Of a stretch of 64,000 nt of DNA, positions 1-11,112 are shown piece after piece. Below the pieces are notes generated by a model. The model worked only from the letters and a program-made list of their open reading frames with translations. It did no database searches and was not told the origin of the DNA. This DNA is from Polyangiaceae bacterium (GTDB lineage: Bacteria; Myxococcota_A; Polyangia; Polyangiales; Polyangiaceae). The stretch spans positions 64,001 through 128,000 of the forward strand of contig JBILLK010000004.1 in NCBI GenBank assembly GCA_044376115.1. Reading direction: 5' to 3'. How positions within the stretch are numbered: the stretch's first letter is position 1; each line of letters starts with the position of its first letter. The position numbers and the translations under genes are program-made.

Positions 1-1
1 G

Positions 2-865
2 GCCCTGCTCAGCGGCTTGGCGCAACCGGGCCTCACAATCGACTCGGTGACTCGTCACGGGCACAAGCTGAAGGCCGGGCACCTGGCCGGAAACCGTTTT
101 GCCGTCTGTCTTCGGCCCCATCCGGCGGGCGGAGGAGCCGCCCTTGAAGCGGCGCTGAGCCCGGGCCTTTCCGCAGCTGCTCGGCACGGTGTGCCCAACG
201 CCTTCGGTGCCCAGCGTTTTGGCCGGGCTGGCGATAACGCAGCCTTTGCCGCGCGCTTCGTCCAAGGCGAGGTCGCACCACCGCGCGACAAGAAGCGGGC
301 GCGCTTCATGTTCTCGGCCCTGCAAAGCGAACTCTTCAACCAGCTCTTGGAGTTGCGTCGCGAGAACGGCACCTGGGGCAAGGTCCTGCCGGGGGATGTC
401 GCCAAAAAGGAGGAGAACGGAGCCCTCTTCGACGTTCCTCTCGAGGGGCCCGAGCTCGCGGATGCAGTTGCGCGTGCCGAGGATTTACGGATCGCAGCGA
501 CTGGCCCGATGTTTGGCGCCTCGATGCGCAAGCCGCAGGGCGAGCCAGCCGAATGGGAGGCTGCGATCCTGGCGAAGTCGGGGATCGAGGAGGCCGCCTG
601 GTCGCACCACCGGCACCTGGGAGAAGGGACGCGCCGAAGCCTTCGCCTGTTGGTCGAAGAGCTTACCTGGCGGGCTGAGGGCGAGAACCTGGTCGTCGAA
701 TTCGTGCTCGGCAAAGGGTCCTACGCCACGACCTTCCTCGACAGCCTGTGTGAACTGGTCGAGCCCCCGCGTGCCACCGCGCCCCAAGGAACGGCCGAAA
801 GCCCAGATTCTGGCGGCCCGGGCCCCGATGAAGCGGGGGCTGAACAAGATGAGAGCGGATCGTGA
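2..865 (+). CDS. truD: tRNA pseudouridine(13) synthase TruD, 5' truncated by window edge
   Basis: Frame open from base 2; TruD motifs GNRF, PNAFGAQRFG, SALQSELFN, GSYAT. Confidence 0.9.
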   Translation, partial: ALLSGLAQPGLTIDSVTRHGHKLKAGHLAGNRFAVCLRPHPAGGGAALEAALSPGLSAAARHGVPNAFGAQRFGRAGDNAAFAARFVQGEVAPPRDKKRARFMFSALQSELFNQLLELRRENGTWGKVLPGDVAKKEENGALFDVPLEGPELADAVARAEDLRIAATGPMFGASMRKPQGEPAEWEAAILAKSGIEEAAWSHHRHLGEGTRRSLRLLVEELTWRAEGENLVVEFVLGKGSYATTFLDSLCELVEPPRATAPQGTAESPDSGGPGPDEAGAEQDESGS

Positions 866-919
866 AGTCTGGACGCAGAACAGACTCGACTTTGTTGAAC
901 TTCAGTTGCAAGAAGAACC

Positions 920-960
920 TGGAAATGACTCGTGCTGCGACTCCCAAGGAGTCATTTCCA
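920..960. promoter_or_regulatory. 12-bp perfect inverted repeat upstream of exbB (operator or RNA hairpin)
   Basis: TGGAAATGACTC (920-931) / GAGTCATTTCCA (949-960), 17-nt loop, directly before SD-like GAAAGG and ATG 980. Confidence 0.55.
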
Positions 961-979
961 CGAAAGGCATTGATCTCCG

Positions 980-1747
980 ATGAACTTGGTTGAGTGGCTA
1001 AAGCGCGTAATGGTGAGCACGGGCGCGGAGTGGGTCATGTGGCTCCTGATCGCCCTGTCGATTGCCTCGGTTGCCATCATTCTGGAGCGGGCTTGGTTCT
1101 TCAACTCCGTGAAGGATGATCTGGCCAAGCTCTCGCGCGATCTGCAGAACACCCTGGGAGAGTCGCTGGAAGCCGCCAAAAAGCGGATGTCCCAATCGCC
1201 CTCCGCGGAAGCGGCCGTGGTGAGCGCGGGGCTCTCGGTCGCTCAGTTCGGCGTTGAAGCGTCGGAGAGCGCGATGGAGGGTGCGATCGCCATCCAAAAG
1301 ATGAAGCTCGAGCGGCGGCTGGCCTTCCTCTCGACGCTCGGCAACAACGCGCCCTTCATCGGGCTGCTCGGAACCGTTATCGGCGTCGTCATGGCGTTCG
1401 ACGCTCTAGGGCGTCAGACGGCCGAGGTCGGCGCCGCGGCGCAACAAATGGCTCCGCAGGCGGTCATGGCCAGCATCGGTGAAGCGCTCGTGGCGACTGC
1501 CGTCGGCATCGCGGTGGCCATCCCGGCCGTTGCCGCCAACAACTTGTTCCAGCGTATGACGCGCGCCACGCTCGCCAACACCGAGGCACTCTCAGGGCTT
1601 CTGTTGGTGCACCTCCGCGGCAACCCGGAGCTCGGCGCCGTCGAGGCCGAGCCGGTCAAGCCGGCCGCTAAGAAGGAAGAGCCCAAGAAGGAGCGCGCCA
1701 ACAAGAAGAGCGAGAAAAAGGCTGATCCGGACGCGGAGGAGAGCTGA
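980..1747 (+). CDS. MotA/TolQ/ExbB proton channel protein
   Basis: Three hydrophobic segments; APFIGLLGTV and ALVATAVGIAVAIPA motifs; coupled to ExbD-like gene. Confidence 0.92.
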   Translation: MNLVEWLKRVMVSTGAEWVMWLLIALSIASVAIILERAWFFNSVKDDLAKLSRDLQNTLGESLEAAKKRMSQSPSAEAAVVSAGLSVAQFGVEASESAMEGAIAIQKMKLERRLAFLSTLGNNAPFIGLLGTVIGVVMAFDALGRQTAEVGAAAQQMAPQAVMASIGEALVATAVGIAVAIPAVAANNLFQRMTRATLANTEALSGLLLVHLRGNPELGAVEAEPVKPAAKKEEPKKERANKKSEKKADPDAEES

Positions 1748-2175
1748 TGGCTGCCTCCAGTCAAGACGAAGAAGGCGTCATTTCGGGCATCAACGTCACG
1801 CCCCTCGTCGACATCTGCTTGGTGCTGCTGATCATCATGATGGTCACGGCGCGCATCATCGCGAACCTGCAGATCTCCTTGGACCTGCCGAAGACCAAGT
1901 CGGGAGCGGACCAACAGGTTCTGTTCGGGGTGGATTTGGCAGCCAACGGCGAGACCATCGTGGACGGTCAAAAGCTCGAGAACCCGGCAGTCATCCGCGA
2001 CATGGCCCAAGAGGCCTTCCGCAACAACCCCGAGCTTCGGGCCACCATTCGTGCAGAGGCCGCGGTTCCGCACGGTCGCGTGATGGAAGCGGTGGACTAT
2101 CTCAAAGACGCTGGCATAACCAAGATCGCCTTCGGGACAGCCCCCAAGGTCGAAGCCCCAGCCGGTTCAAAGTAA
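1747..2175 (+). CDS. ExbD/TolR family biopolymer transporter
   Basis: INVTPLVDICLVLLIIMMV TM with the conserved Asp; TGATG overlap with upstream gene. Confidence 0.92.
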   Translation: MAASSQDEEGVISGINVTPLVDICLVLLIIMMVTARIIANLQISLDLPKTKSGADQQVLFGVDLAANGETIVDGQKLENPAVIRDMAQEAFRNNPELRATIRAEAAVPHGRVMEAVDYLKDAGITKIAFGTAPKVEAPAGSK

Positions 2176-2181
2176 AGGAGC

Positions 2182-3081
2182 ATGTTGATGAACGGCGCCC
2201 AAGCAGTGGCCATCGCGCGTAGCCCCCGCTACACCGACCCGGTCTTGGGGTCGGTGCTCGACTTCGGTCGAGACAACGTGCGAGTCGGGTGGAGCGTTGG
2301 GCTCGGCGCAGCCGGGCTCCTTTACGGCTACCTCATTTTCCGCCTGCTAACGGCGCTGCTCGACATGCAGGACTGGGTCGAGAGCAGCCGCATGGGGATG
2401 GATAAATACTTCTGGTCGACCTACGAGGTGGACACCTCCGAGTCGAAGGCGAAGGCCAAGGAAGCTCCCAAGGAGGAGGCCAAGGTCGAGGAGCCGCAAG
2501 CCGAGGAGGTCGAGCCGACGAAGACCCAGCCGGTGGCCAACGTACAGCGGCCCGCTGCCACGACTCAGCAGCCGACCCAGCCGACCGACCCGTACGATAA
2601 CGTTGAGACCAAGTCGGCGGGCGGAGGCGGCGAGATCGACCACACCGCGGATGGCGCGTACGAGCACGGCTCCGGTGAAGGCGACGGCGTAGGCACAGGC
2701 AAGGGCAAAGGCTTTGGGAAGGGTGAAGGCGGCGGAAAAGGCACCGCTAGCGTGAACAATCCCCCTCCCGGTCCGCCGCCCGGTCCGCCCCCTGTCGATC
2801 GCAGCGCGCCTGCCACGCTGGTGGGCTCGAAGTCCTGGAACTGCCCTTTCCCGCCCGAGGCGGACGCGGCCGGCAAAGACAACGCGACGGTGCAGCTCGT
2901 CGTCACCGTCGGTGCGAACGGCAGCGCGGAAGGCGTGAAGCTGATCGCCGATCCTGGCAACGGCTTTGGTCGAGCCGCACGCAGCTGCGCGCTCGCCCGC
3001 AAGTACAAGTCCGGCTTGGATCGCGACGGCAACCCCACGCGCACCTCCACCCCGCCGATCACCGTTCGCTTCTCGCGTTGA
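2182..3081 (+). CDS. TonB-like energy transducer (TM, Glu/Pro/Gly-rich linker, TonB C-terminal domain)
   Basis: N-terminal TM, low-complexity linker, C-terminal FPPEA..VQLVVTV..GFGRAA..VRF pattern; third gene of exbBD cluster. Confidence 0.75.
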   Translation: MLMNGAQAVAIARSPRYTDPVLGSVLDFGRDNVRVGWSVGLGAAGLLYGYLIFRLLTALLDMQDWVESSRMGMDKYFWSTYEVDTSESKAKAKEAPKEEAKVEEPQAEEVEPTKTQPVANVQRPAATTQQPTQPTDPYDNVETKSAGGGGEIDHTADGAYEHGSGEGDGVGTGKGKGFGKGEGGGKGTASVNNPPPGPPPGPPPVDRSAPATLVGSKSWNCPFPPEADAAGKDNATVQLVVTVGANGSAEGVKLIADPGNGFGRAARSCALARKYKSGLDRDGNPTRTSTPPITVRFSR

Positions 3082-3101
3082 ACGTGGGCGCGCACTCCAA
3101 C

Positions 3102-3130
3102 TTGGCCAAGCCTGCACGAAGCCGTAAGCT
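3102..3130 (+). promoter_or_regulatory. sigma70-like promoter, probably leaderless
   Basis: TTGGCC (3102-3107), 17 nt, TAAGCT (3125-3130), 8 nt before GTG 3139; no SD. Confidence 0.45.
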
Positions 3131-3138
3131 CTGACGAC

Positions 3139-3612
3139 GTGGAGCTTTCAGAACGCGTCGAACGACTGGCCAAGGTTGCCCTATTTGCGGGACTGACGCG
3201 CCCTGCCCTCGAGATGATCGGCCGAATCGCGAAGGAGGAGGCACACTCGCTGGGGACCTTGATCTTCGAGCACGGCCAGCTGGGCGATAAGCTCTACGTG
3301 ATCCTCGAGGGTCGCATCCGCATCAGCCGCAACGTACCGGGCATGGGCGAAGAAGCGCTCGCGGTGCTCGGGCCCGGCGCAGTGTTCGGCGAAATGGCCT
3401 TGATCGATGCGGCTCCGCGCTCAGCCGATGCCCGCGTCCACGAGCGTTGCAAGCTCTTGTCACTGCCGCGAGACGCCTTCGAGGACCTGCTGTTCCTCCA
3501 CAAAGACCTCGCTTACGAAGTGCTGTGGAGCTTCGTCAGCATGCTGACCGTGCGGCTCCGTGAGACCAACGATAAGCTCACCTTTCTCTCGGTCACCGGC
3601 AAGTTCGAGTAG
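3139..3612 (+). CDS. Stand-alone cyclic nucleotide-binding domain protein
   Basis: LYVILEGRI, FGEMALID..PRSA phosphate-binding cassette; no HTH. Confidence 0.9.
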   Translation: MELSERVERLAKVALFAGLTRPALEMIGRIAKEEAHSLGTLIFEHGQLGDKLYVILEGRIRISRNVPGMGEEALAVLGPGAVFGEMALIDAAPRSADARVHERCKLLSLPRDAFEDLLFLHKDLAYEVLWSFVSMLTVRLRETNDKLTFLSVTGKFE

Positions 3613-3690
3613 CCCAAAGCGGGCTTGCCCGCTGCGTTCCGCCGAAGAGTTGGCACGAGTCATTCGAACTTCCGTGCTAAGAGGAGCCGC

Positions 3691-5157
3691 ATGTGCGGCG
3701 TCTTCGGAATTTGGGGCCACTCTGAAGCGGCCAACATTGCGTATTTGGGCCTTCATGCGCTGCAACACCGCGGGCAAGAGTCGGCTGGCATCGCTTCGAC
3801 CGACGGTGACCGGCTGTACGCGCATCGCGTGATGGGGCTGGTGCAGGCCGGCTTCCAGCAACAGGACTTGAAGCAGCTGCGCGGTGAGGCGGCGATCGGG
3901 CACGTCCGCTACTCCACCGCTGGCTCGTCGCATTTGCGCAACGCTCAGCCGTTGGCAGTCGACTACGCCCACGGCTCGATCGCCCTGGCGCACAACGGCA
4001 ACCTCACCAACCACGAGGCGCTCCGCACCGAGCTCGAGGCCAAAGGGTCGATCTTTCAAAGCGGCACCGACACCGAGACGATCGTCCACTGTTTTGCCCG
4101 CTCCCATGAAAGCACCGCTGAAGATCGCTTGGTGGACGCGCTGCGCAAGGTCGAGGGCGCTTACTCGCTGGTGGCGCTGACCGAGAAGAAGTTGATCGCC
4201 GTTCGGGATCCGGTCGGGAACCGGCCGTTGGTCTTGGGCACGCTCACCAAAGGCGATCGAACGATGACGGTGATCGCGAGTGAGCCCACCAGCTTCGATT
4301 TGATCGGTGCCGAGCTGGTGCGAGACGTTGCTCCGGGCGAGATGATCGTGGTCGATAGCCATGGGCTGCGCTCGTCCTTCCCGTTCGAGCCGCGACCGCG
4401 CGCGATGTGCCTGTTCGAGTACGTCTACTTCGCGCGGCCCGACGCCATGGTTGACGGGGTCAGCGTCTACAACGTCCGCAAAGCGCTCGGTCGCAAGCTG
4501 GCGCAAGAGCACCCGATCGCGGACGGCGAGGCCGAGGCCATCGTAGTGCCCGTCCCCGACTCTGGCGTACCCTCGGCCATCGGTTACGCCGAGGCCTCCG
4601 GCGTGCCTTTTCAGGTCGGGTTGATTCGCAGCCACTACGTCGGCCGAACCTTCATCGAGCCGCAGGAGACGATCCGAGACTTTGGTGTGCGACTGAAGTT
4701 GCATCCCAACCGCGCAGCCCTCGAAGGCCGACGCGTGGTGGTCGTGGACGACTCGATCGTGCGCGGCACCACGAGTCGCAAGATCGTGAAGATGATCCGT
4801 GAGGCAGGCGCACGTGAAGTCCACTTCCGCGTGGCGAGCCCTCCCACGAAGTGGCCTTGTTTTTACGGCATTGCGACGCCGACCCGCCAAGAGCTGATCG
4901 CCAACACCCACAACGAGTCGGCCTTGGCCGACTACCTCGCGGCCGACAGCGTGGGCTACTTGTCCTTGGACGCCCTGGTCGATGCCGTGCGCGGGGAGGA
5001 GCGAAGCGAGCAGGCGCGCCGAGGCGGGCCCACGAGCGACGCACCGGAGACCGCTTCGTTGCGCGGCTTCTGTCACGCGTGCTTCTCCGGCGAGTACCCC
5101 ATCCCGATCCCTCGCGCATCCGGAGATCGCGGCGGTCTGCTGAAGACGATCGCGTAG
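3691..5157 (+). CDS. purF: Amidophosphoribosyltransferase
   Basis: Starts MCGVFG after GAGGAG; QHRGQES, GHVRYST, PRPP motif [12 protein letters not shown], Fe-S Cys (PCFYGI, CHAC). Confidence 0.97.
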   Translation: MCGVFGIWGHSEAANIAYLGLHALQHRGQESAGIASTDGDRLYAHRVMGLVQAGFQQQDLKQLRGEAAIGHVRYSTAGSSHLRNAQPLAVDYAHGSIALAHNGNLTNHEALRTELEAKGSIFQSGTDTETIVHCFARSHESTAEDRLVDALRKVEGAYSLVALTEKKLIAVRDPVGNRPLVLGTLTKGDRTMTVIASEPTSFDLIGAELVRDVAPGEMIVVDSHGLRSSFPFEPRPRAMCLFEYVYFARPDAMVDGVSVYNVRKALGRKLAQEHPIADGEAEAIVVPVPDSGVPSAIGYAEASGVPFQVGLIRSHYVGRTFIEPQETIRDFGVRLKLHPNRAALEGRRVVVVDDSIVRGTTSRKIVKMIREAGAREVHFRVASPPTKWPCFYGIATPTRQELIANTHNESALADYLAADSVGYLSLDALVDAVRGEERSEQARRGGPTSDAPETASLRGFCHACFSGEYPIPIPRASGDRGGLLKTIA

Positions 5158-5192
5158 TTGACTGGGGCCGGCCGCTTGGTCACGATGGTCGG

Positions 5193-6146
5193 ATGTCTGC
5201 GCCGGCTGAGCTCCTGAGCCTCACACCTGATGCCGTCAGCGTGTACGAGGTTGGGCTGCGCGACGGCCTGCAGAACGAGCCACTGGTTGTGCCGACCGAG
5301 GGCAAATTGCGTTTGGCGCAGGCCCTGGTCGACGCCGGGCTCAAGCGCATCGAGGCAACGAGCTTCGTATCACCCAAGTGGGTGCCGCAGCTCTCCGACG
5401 CCAGTGAACTCGCCACTGCGCTGAAGGGCTTTGCGGAAGGTGTCAGCTTCAGCGCGCTCGTCCCCAACGAACGTGGACTCGAGCGAGCGAGCCAGGCTGG
5501 GCTGCGCGAGGTCGCCGTGTTCATGTCGGCGAGCGAGACGCACAACCGGGCGAACATCAACAAGAGCGTCGAGAGCACGCTTGGCTTGTTCGAGGAGTTG
5601 GTGCCCCAGGCTCTAGCGCTTGGTCTGCGCGTGCGTGCGTACGTTTCAACGGTTTGGGGCTGCCCCTACGAGGGCGACATCCCCATAGCGAACTCGGTCG
5701 AGATCGCGACGAAGCTGTTCTCGCTCGGGTGCTACCAAGTCTCCCTCGGCGACACGATCGGCGTCGGGACGCCGCGTCAGACCTTGAACATTGTGCAAGC
5801 AATGTTGCAGAACCTTCCCCGTGAGGCCGTGGCGCTGCACTTCCATGACACCCGCGGGACCGCGCTGGCCAACGTATTGATGGGGCTCGAGTGCGGTATC
5901 AGCACCTTTGACTCGTCGGTGGGCGGCTTGGGCGGCTGCCCCTATGCTCCGGGAGCCAGCGGCAACCTCGCAACCGAGGACCTCGTCTACATGCTCGACG
6001 GCATGGGTGTTTCGAGTGGCGTGGCGCTCGAGCCTTTGGTCGCCGCAGGCACGCTGGCCGCGCAGTTGCTCGGTCGCAAGCTACCCGGCAAGGTTCATCA
6101 AGCAGGGCCATTCCGCCGAAGGCCGTTCGCTCAGACCTCGCGGTAA
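5193..6146 (+). CDS. Hydroxymethylglutaryl-CoA lyase
   Basis: EVGLRDGLQNE, SLGDTIG, HFHDTRG, GLGGCPYAPGASGN; start moved to ATG 5193 to avoid purF overlap. Confidence 0.93.
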   Translation: MSAPAELLSLTPDAVSVYEVGLRDGLQNEPLVVPTEGKLRLAQALVDAGLKRIEATSFVSPKWVPQLSDASELATALKGFAEGVSFSALVPNERGLERASQAGLREVAVFMSASETHNRANINKSVESTLGLFEELVPQALALGLRVRAYVSTVWGCPYEGDIPIANSVEIATKLFSLGCYQVSLGDTIGVGTPRQTLNIVQAMLQNLPREAVALHFHDTRGTALANVLMGLECGISTFDSSVGGLGGCPYAPGASGNLATEDLVYMLDGMGVSSGVALEPLVAAGTLAAQLLGRKLPGKVHQAGPFRRRPFAQTSR

Positions 6147-6173
6147 TGACTCGATTCTAGTAGCCTTGGGCGT

Positions 6174-7376
<1,203 letters not shown>

Positions 7377-7426
7377 AGGGCGTCGTCGCAAGGCGCCGTT
7401 AACCGAACGACGAGCCTACGCCGCGA

Positions 7427-9376
7427 TCAAAGCAGCTCGGGCTGACTGAGGCGCGCGGCGTCTACGCCCTCGGGAATGGGGCTCTCGAGCGGGACGCTTT
7501 CGAGCGGCCGTTCAAGGAGCAGCGCGCGGTTGCGCGGCAACACGAGGCGGAAGGTTGTGCCTTTGCCCTCCTCGGACTCGACCGAGATCGAGCCTGCGTG
7601 CGCCTCGAGTAGATGCTTCACGATCGCGAGTCCGAGCCCCGTGCCGCCAAGCTCACGGGAGCGTCCGGCATCGACCCGATAGAAGCGCTCGAACAGCCGC
7701 GAGAGATGGACCTCGGCGATACCCGGGCCGCTGTCGGAGATGGTGATCACGAACTGCTCGTCCTCCACCGCGGTGGCGATCGTCACGGTCGACTTCCCCG
7801 AGGCGTACTTGACCTCGTTCTCAACCAAGTTGCTCAGGATCTGCTCGAGCGCACCGCGGTCCGCTTCCACCGTTTGCGCGTCACTCGCGAGCTTAACGAC
7901 GAAGCGGACCCCCCGACGGCGTGCCTGATCTTGGTGCGCTGCGAGCACCGTCTTGAGCAGCGAGTCGACCGAAACCTGCTCGATGTCGAGCCGCGCCTTA
8001 CCGCTATCCATGCGCGATAGATCGAGCAGGTCGTCGACCAAACGCTGCAACCTTTGTGCGTTGCGCTCGATGATCGCGACGAAGTCGTAGGCCATCTCGT
8101 CGCCCCAGTTGGACTGCTCGAGCGTCTCTGCGGTAGCGCGAATGACCGTGATCGGAGTACGCAGCTCGTGCGAGACGTTGGCTACGAAGTCACGCCGCAT
8201 GGTCTCGAACTTGCGCAGCTCGGTCACGTCGACGAACACCGCCAGCGTCGCTCCGGAAGAGGCTGCTACGGGGGCCGCGTGGATCGCGAGACGCCGCGGC
8301 ATCAGCCGGCCCACCGAGATCTCCCCCGTCACCTGACGTCGTTGCCGATGGGCGTGCTCGAGGATCTCCACCAGCGGCGGACTGTCGATTGCAAGCTCGG
8401 GCAGCTTGCCGACCACCGTGCGCGGTAGCAGCAGCGTTTGGCGAAAGGCCGGGTTGGCGAGAGCGATGCGACCGTCGCGATCGAGCACCAAGACGCCCTC
8501 ACGCATGCCGTCGAGCACCGAGCCGAAGAGATCGCGGTCGGAGGCGAGCTGCGACAAGGCCGACGAGAGGTTCTCCGCGACGCGCGCAAGCGCGACCCCA
8601 AGTTCACGCAGCTCGGGGATGGCGTTGGGAACGGGCGGAGCAGCGCCTGCAAACAGATCGCCGCGAGCCATGCGAGTGGCTGTATCGCGAAGATCTTTGA
8701 TGTCGGCGGAGATGCGACGAACCACGCCCTCGATGAACAAGGCCGAGAGCACCATCGCCACCAGCGCAGCCGCGATGGTCAGCCCGCGAAACCGCCCGAT
8801 GGTCGCGTCGGCCCGGTGCACTGGTGTTTCCACCCGCAAAAAGCTGACCTCCTTCGTGTTCAGCTTCACGACCGTCATCAGCGTGTTTTCCAGCACACGG
8901 GTAGCGCCGCTCACGTCGTTGTCATCGCGAGCCGCCGCCTTGGCGAACTCCTCCTCAGCGACGAGGGCCGAGCCAGGCTGTGCAGGCGTTTCTCCCGCCT
9001 CCGCCACGAGCTTGCCGCTAGCGTCGAGCAAGCTGAGCTTGGCGTTGCTGGCGCGAGCCATCGCCTCGAGCCGAGCTTGCGTAGGCCGATCGTCTGAGCT
9101 GGAGAAGGTCGCCACCAGCATGGCGACGCGACGGCTCTGCTCTTCGTTCGACTCGACCGCGAGAATGTGTTCGAGCGTGCGGGTAGCGATCTGGTTGCCC
9201 AAGCCGAAGATCACCACGACTGCTAGCAGCGCCAGCGCAAGCAACTGCCAGCGGACGCTGACGCCACCGCGTGGCGGGCGCATCGAAGGACGCGCGTCGG
9301 AATCGGGTGGCGGTGGCCACGAACCTTGCCGAAAAGGCCTCTCCACCATCACAGGGTCCAGGTTCTCCGGGGGCAT
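7427..9376 (-). CDS. PhoR-like sensor histidine kinase (2 TM, HAMP, PAS, HisKA, HATPase)
   Basis: RRDFVANVSHELRTP H-box; NLVEN, DSGPGI, FERFYRVD, GTGLGL; downstream of a PhoB-like regulator. Confidence 0.9.
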   Translation of the reverse strand: MPPENLDPVMVERPFRQGSWPPPPDSDARPSMRPPRGGVSVRWQLLALALLAVVVIFGLGNQIATRTLEHILAVESNEEQSRRVAMLVATFSSSDDRPTQARLEAMARASNAKLSLLDASGKLVAEAGETPAQPGSALVAEEEFAKAAARDDNDVSGATRVLENTLMTVVKLNTKEVSFLRVETPVHRADATIGRFRGLTIAAALVAMVLSALFIEGVVRRISADIKDLRDTATRMARGDLFAGAAPPVPNAIPELRELGVALARVAENLSSALSQLASDRDLFGSVLDGMREGVLVLDRDGRIALANPAFRQTLLLPRTVVGKLPELAIDSPPLVEILEHAHRQRRQVTGEISVGRLMPRRLAIHAAPVAASSGATLAVFVDVTELRKFETMRRDFVANVSHELRTPITVIRATAETLEQSNWGDEMAYDFVAIIERNAQRLQRLVDDLLDLSRMDSGKARLDIEQVSVDSLLKTVLAAHQDQARRRGVRFVVKLASDAQTVEADRGALEQILSNLVENEVKYASGKSTVTIATAVEDEQFVITISDSGPGIAEVHLSRLFERFYRVDAGRSRELGGTGLGLAIVKHLLEAHAGSISVESEEGKGTTFRLVLPRNRALLLERPLESVPLESPIPEGVDAARLSQPELL

Positions 9377-9410
9377 GTCGCCTCGCTCGAACGCCCTGCC
9401 CTAACCGCGC

Positions 9411-10109
9411 TCAGGCTTCGCCAGTCGGGCTGTCAGTGAAGCGGTAGCCTACTCCACGAACGGTTTCAACGTAGTTGCCGGCCTCCCCGAGCTTCTCGCG
9501 TAGCCGCTTGATATGCGTGTCCACCGTGCGGGTGGTGATATCGGATTGAATGCCCCATACGTCGTCGAGCAGCCGCGCCCGGGTTTGCACGCGGTTCTTG
9601 CGCTCATGCAACGTCGTCAGCAGTCGGAACTCCAGCGCCGTCAGCTCCACTTCGGCGTTGTCGACGAACACGCGATGAGCGCCGCGGTCGATGCGCAGCC
9701 GACCGAACTCGACGGACTCCTTCTCTTGAGGCGACTCACGATTCGCGCGACGGAGCACTGCGTCCACCCGCAACAGCAGCTCACGAGTGCTGAAGGGCTT
9801 GACCACGTAGTCATCGGCCCCGATCTCGAAGCCGACGACCCGATCGATCTCTTCACCTTTGGCCGTCACCATGATGATGGCGGTGTTCTTGAGATCGCCA
9901 CTGCGGCGCACGGCGCGACACACGTCGGTGCCGGAGATATCGGGCAGCATGAGGTCGAGCAGGATCACGTCGGGTCGCTCGCGGGTGGCGGCGATCAGCG
10001 CCTCTGCGCCGGTCGCGACGGCCACCACCTCGTGGCCAGCCTGCTTCATGTTCCAAGCGAGCACCTTCGAGAGGTCGCGCTCGTCCTCAACGATCAGTAC
10101 TTTGGCCAT
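9411..10109 (-). CDS. PhoB/OmpR-family response regulator
   Basis: LIVEDE, LDLMLPD, TAK, ADDYVVKPF, wHTH TRTVDTHIKRLR..TVRGVGY; start set to ATG 10109. Confidence 0.93.
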   Translation of the reverse strand: MAKVLIVEDERDLSKVLAWNMKQAGHEVVAVATGAEALIAATRERPDVILLDLMLPDISGTDVCRAVRRSGDLKNTAIIMVTAKGEEIDRVVGFEIGADDYVVKPFSTRELLLRVDAVLRRANRESPQEKESVEFGRLRIDRGAHRVFVDNAEVELTALEFRLLTTLHERKNRVQTRARLLDDVWGIQSDITTRTVDTHIKRLREKLGEAGNYVETVRGVGYRFTDSPTGEA

Positions 10110-10131
10110 GCGCGCTTCATAACCGATCAGC

Positions 10132-10147
10132 GTGACGGACAGGTGAC
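10132..10147 (-). promoter_or_regulatory. Pho-box-like direct repeat
   Basis: Minus strand GTCAC-N6-GTCAC (11-bp period), about 10 nt upstream of TATGAA, which is 6 nt before the regulator ATG. Confidence 0.6.
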
Positions 10148-10204
10148 ATCTGCACCGCATTCCACGCTTTGCATAGCGAGCGCGTGCGGCTGCCCAACCA
10201 GCGA

Positions 10205-11098
10205 TCAGCGAGCGGTGGGGAAAAGGCTCAGCGACGCTTGCTGCGCGGTCACCTCGAGCTTGCAGGGAGCGCCGAGGACCATCGGTGTGTTGATGGTGTC
10301 ATGGCCCGCGGCCATCCCGCTCGCCACCGGCACACCCAGCTCGCCGAGTCTCTCACGTAGAACCTGCTCCACCGTGATGCCGTCCGGTCCAGGCCGACAA
10401 TCCGTGAAGTCTCCGAGAACGACGCCGCCCACCGAGCTGAGCTGCCCCCCGACGATCAGCGCGGTGAGCATTCGATCGATGCGATAAGGCCGCTCCCCAA
10501 CGTCCTCGAGGAAAAGGATGCCGTGCTTTGGTGGGACCAATCTTCCTGCAGCAGCCGCATCGTGGAGGATCGCCAGGTTGCCTCCCCAAAGTCGGCCGCT
10601 CGCCGTGCCAACGGCGAGAGCGCGCAGCGAGTATTCGCGGAAGGCGGTGGGCGCGCGCAGCGTTGCGAGCAGCTCGCGTTCAGCGCGAACGTCACAGCGC
10701 CCAAGCGAAGCGACGTGAGGTCCGTGAAGCGAGCCGACACAGACGCGGGTCGACTCGAGATGCAAAGCGGTGATGTCGGAGAAGCCCACCACCCACTTGG
10801 GCTGGCTGCGCAGCTGCTCGAAGTTGACGCGACCGATGAAGCGCGAGGCCCCGACCCCCCCGCGCATGGCGAACACCGCCTTCACCTCGGGATCAGCGAG
10901 CGCCGCGCTCAACTCCGCTTCACGCCGTGAATCCGAGCCAGCGAGGTAGCCCCGCCTTTCGAATGCATCCCTTCGAAAACGCACTCGGAAGTGGGACCGC
11001 AAGAACGAGAGGCCCTTGAATCCGCGAACAGCATCGACCGGACTCGAGGGCGCCACGACCGAAACCAGGTCTCCATCCGCGAGGGGCGCTGGAAACAA
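10205..11098 (-). CDS. LD-carboxypeptidase (peptidase S66)
   Basis: RGG.GA, GFSDIT (Ser), GGNL, LEDVGE (Glu), AGH (His). Confidence 0.92.
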   Translation of the reverse strand: MFPAPLADGDLVSVVAPSSPVDAVRGFKGLSFLRSHFRVRFRRDAFERRGYLAGSDSRREAELSAALADPEVKAVFAMRGGVGASRFIGRVNFEQLRSQPKWVVGFSDITALHLESTRVCVGSLHGPHVASLGRCDVRAERELLATLRAPTAFREYSLRALAVGTASGRLWGGNLAILHDAAAAGRLVPPKHGILFLEDVGERPYRIDRMLTALIVGGQLSSVGGVVLGDFTDCRPGPDGITVEQVLRERLGELGVPVASGMAAGHDTINTPMVLGAPCKLEVTAQQASLSLFPTAR

Positions 11099-11112
11099 CC
11101 AGTCCGGCGAGT

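Noticed and set aside
3651..3666. sigma54-like TGGCACG upstream of purF; also TGGCCCG at 44994
   Set aside because: The required -12 GC is missing at the correct spacing in both
3460..5076. 538-aa minus-strand ORF
   Set aside because: Antisense shadow of purF, typical of high-GC codon bias; no motifs
4851..5192. Extended N-termini from the ORF track (HMG-CoA lyase 4851, purF 3625, 18857, 29244, 38239, 45313, 57724)
   Set aside because: They overlap real neighbouring genes or precede better starts supported by SD, lipobox or conserved N-terminus
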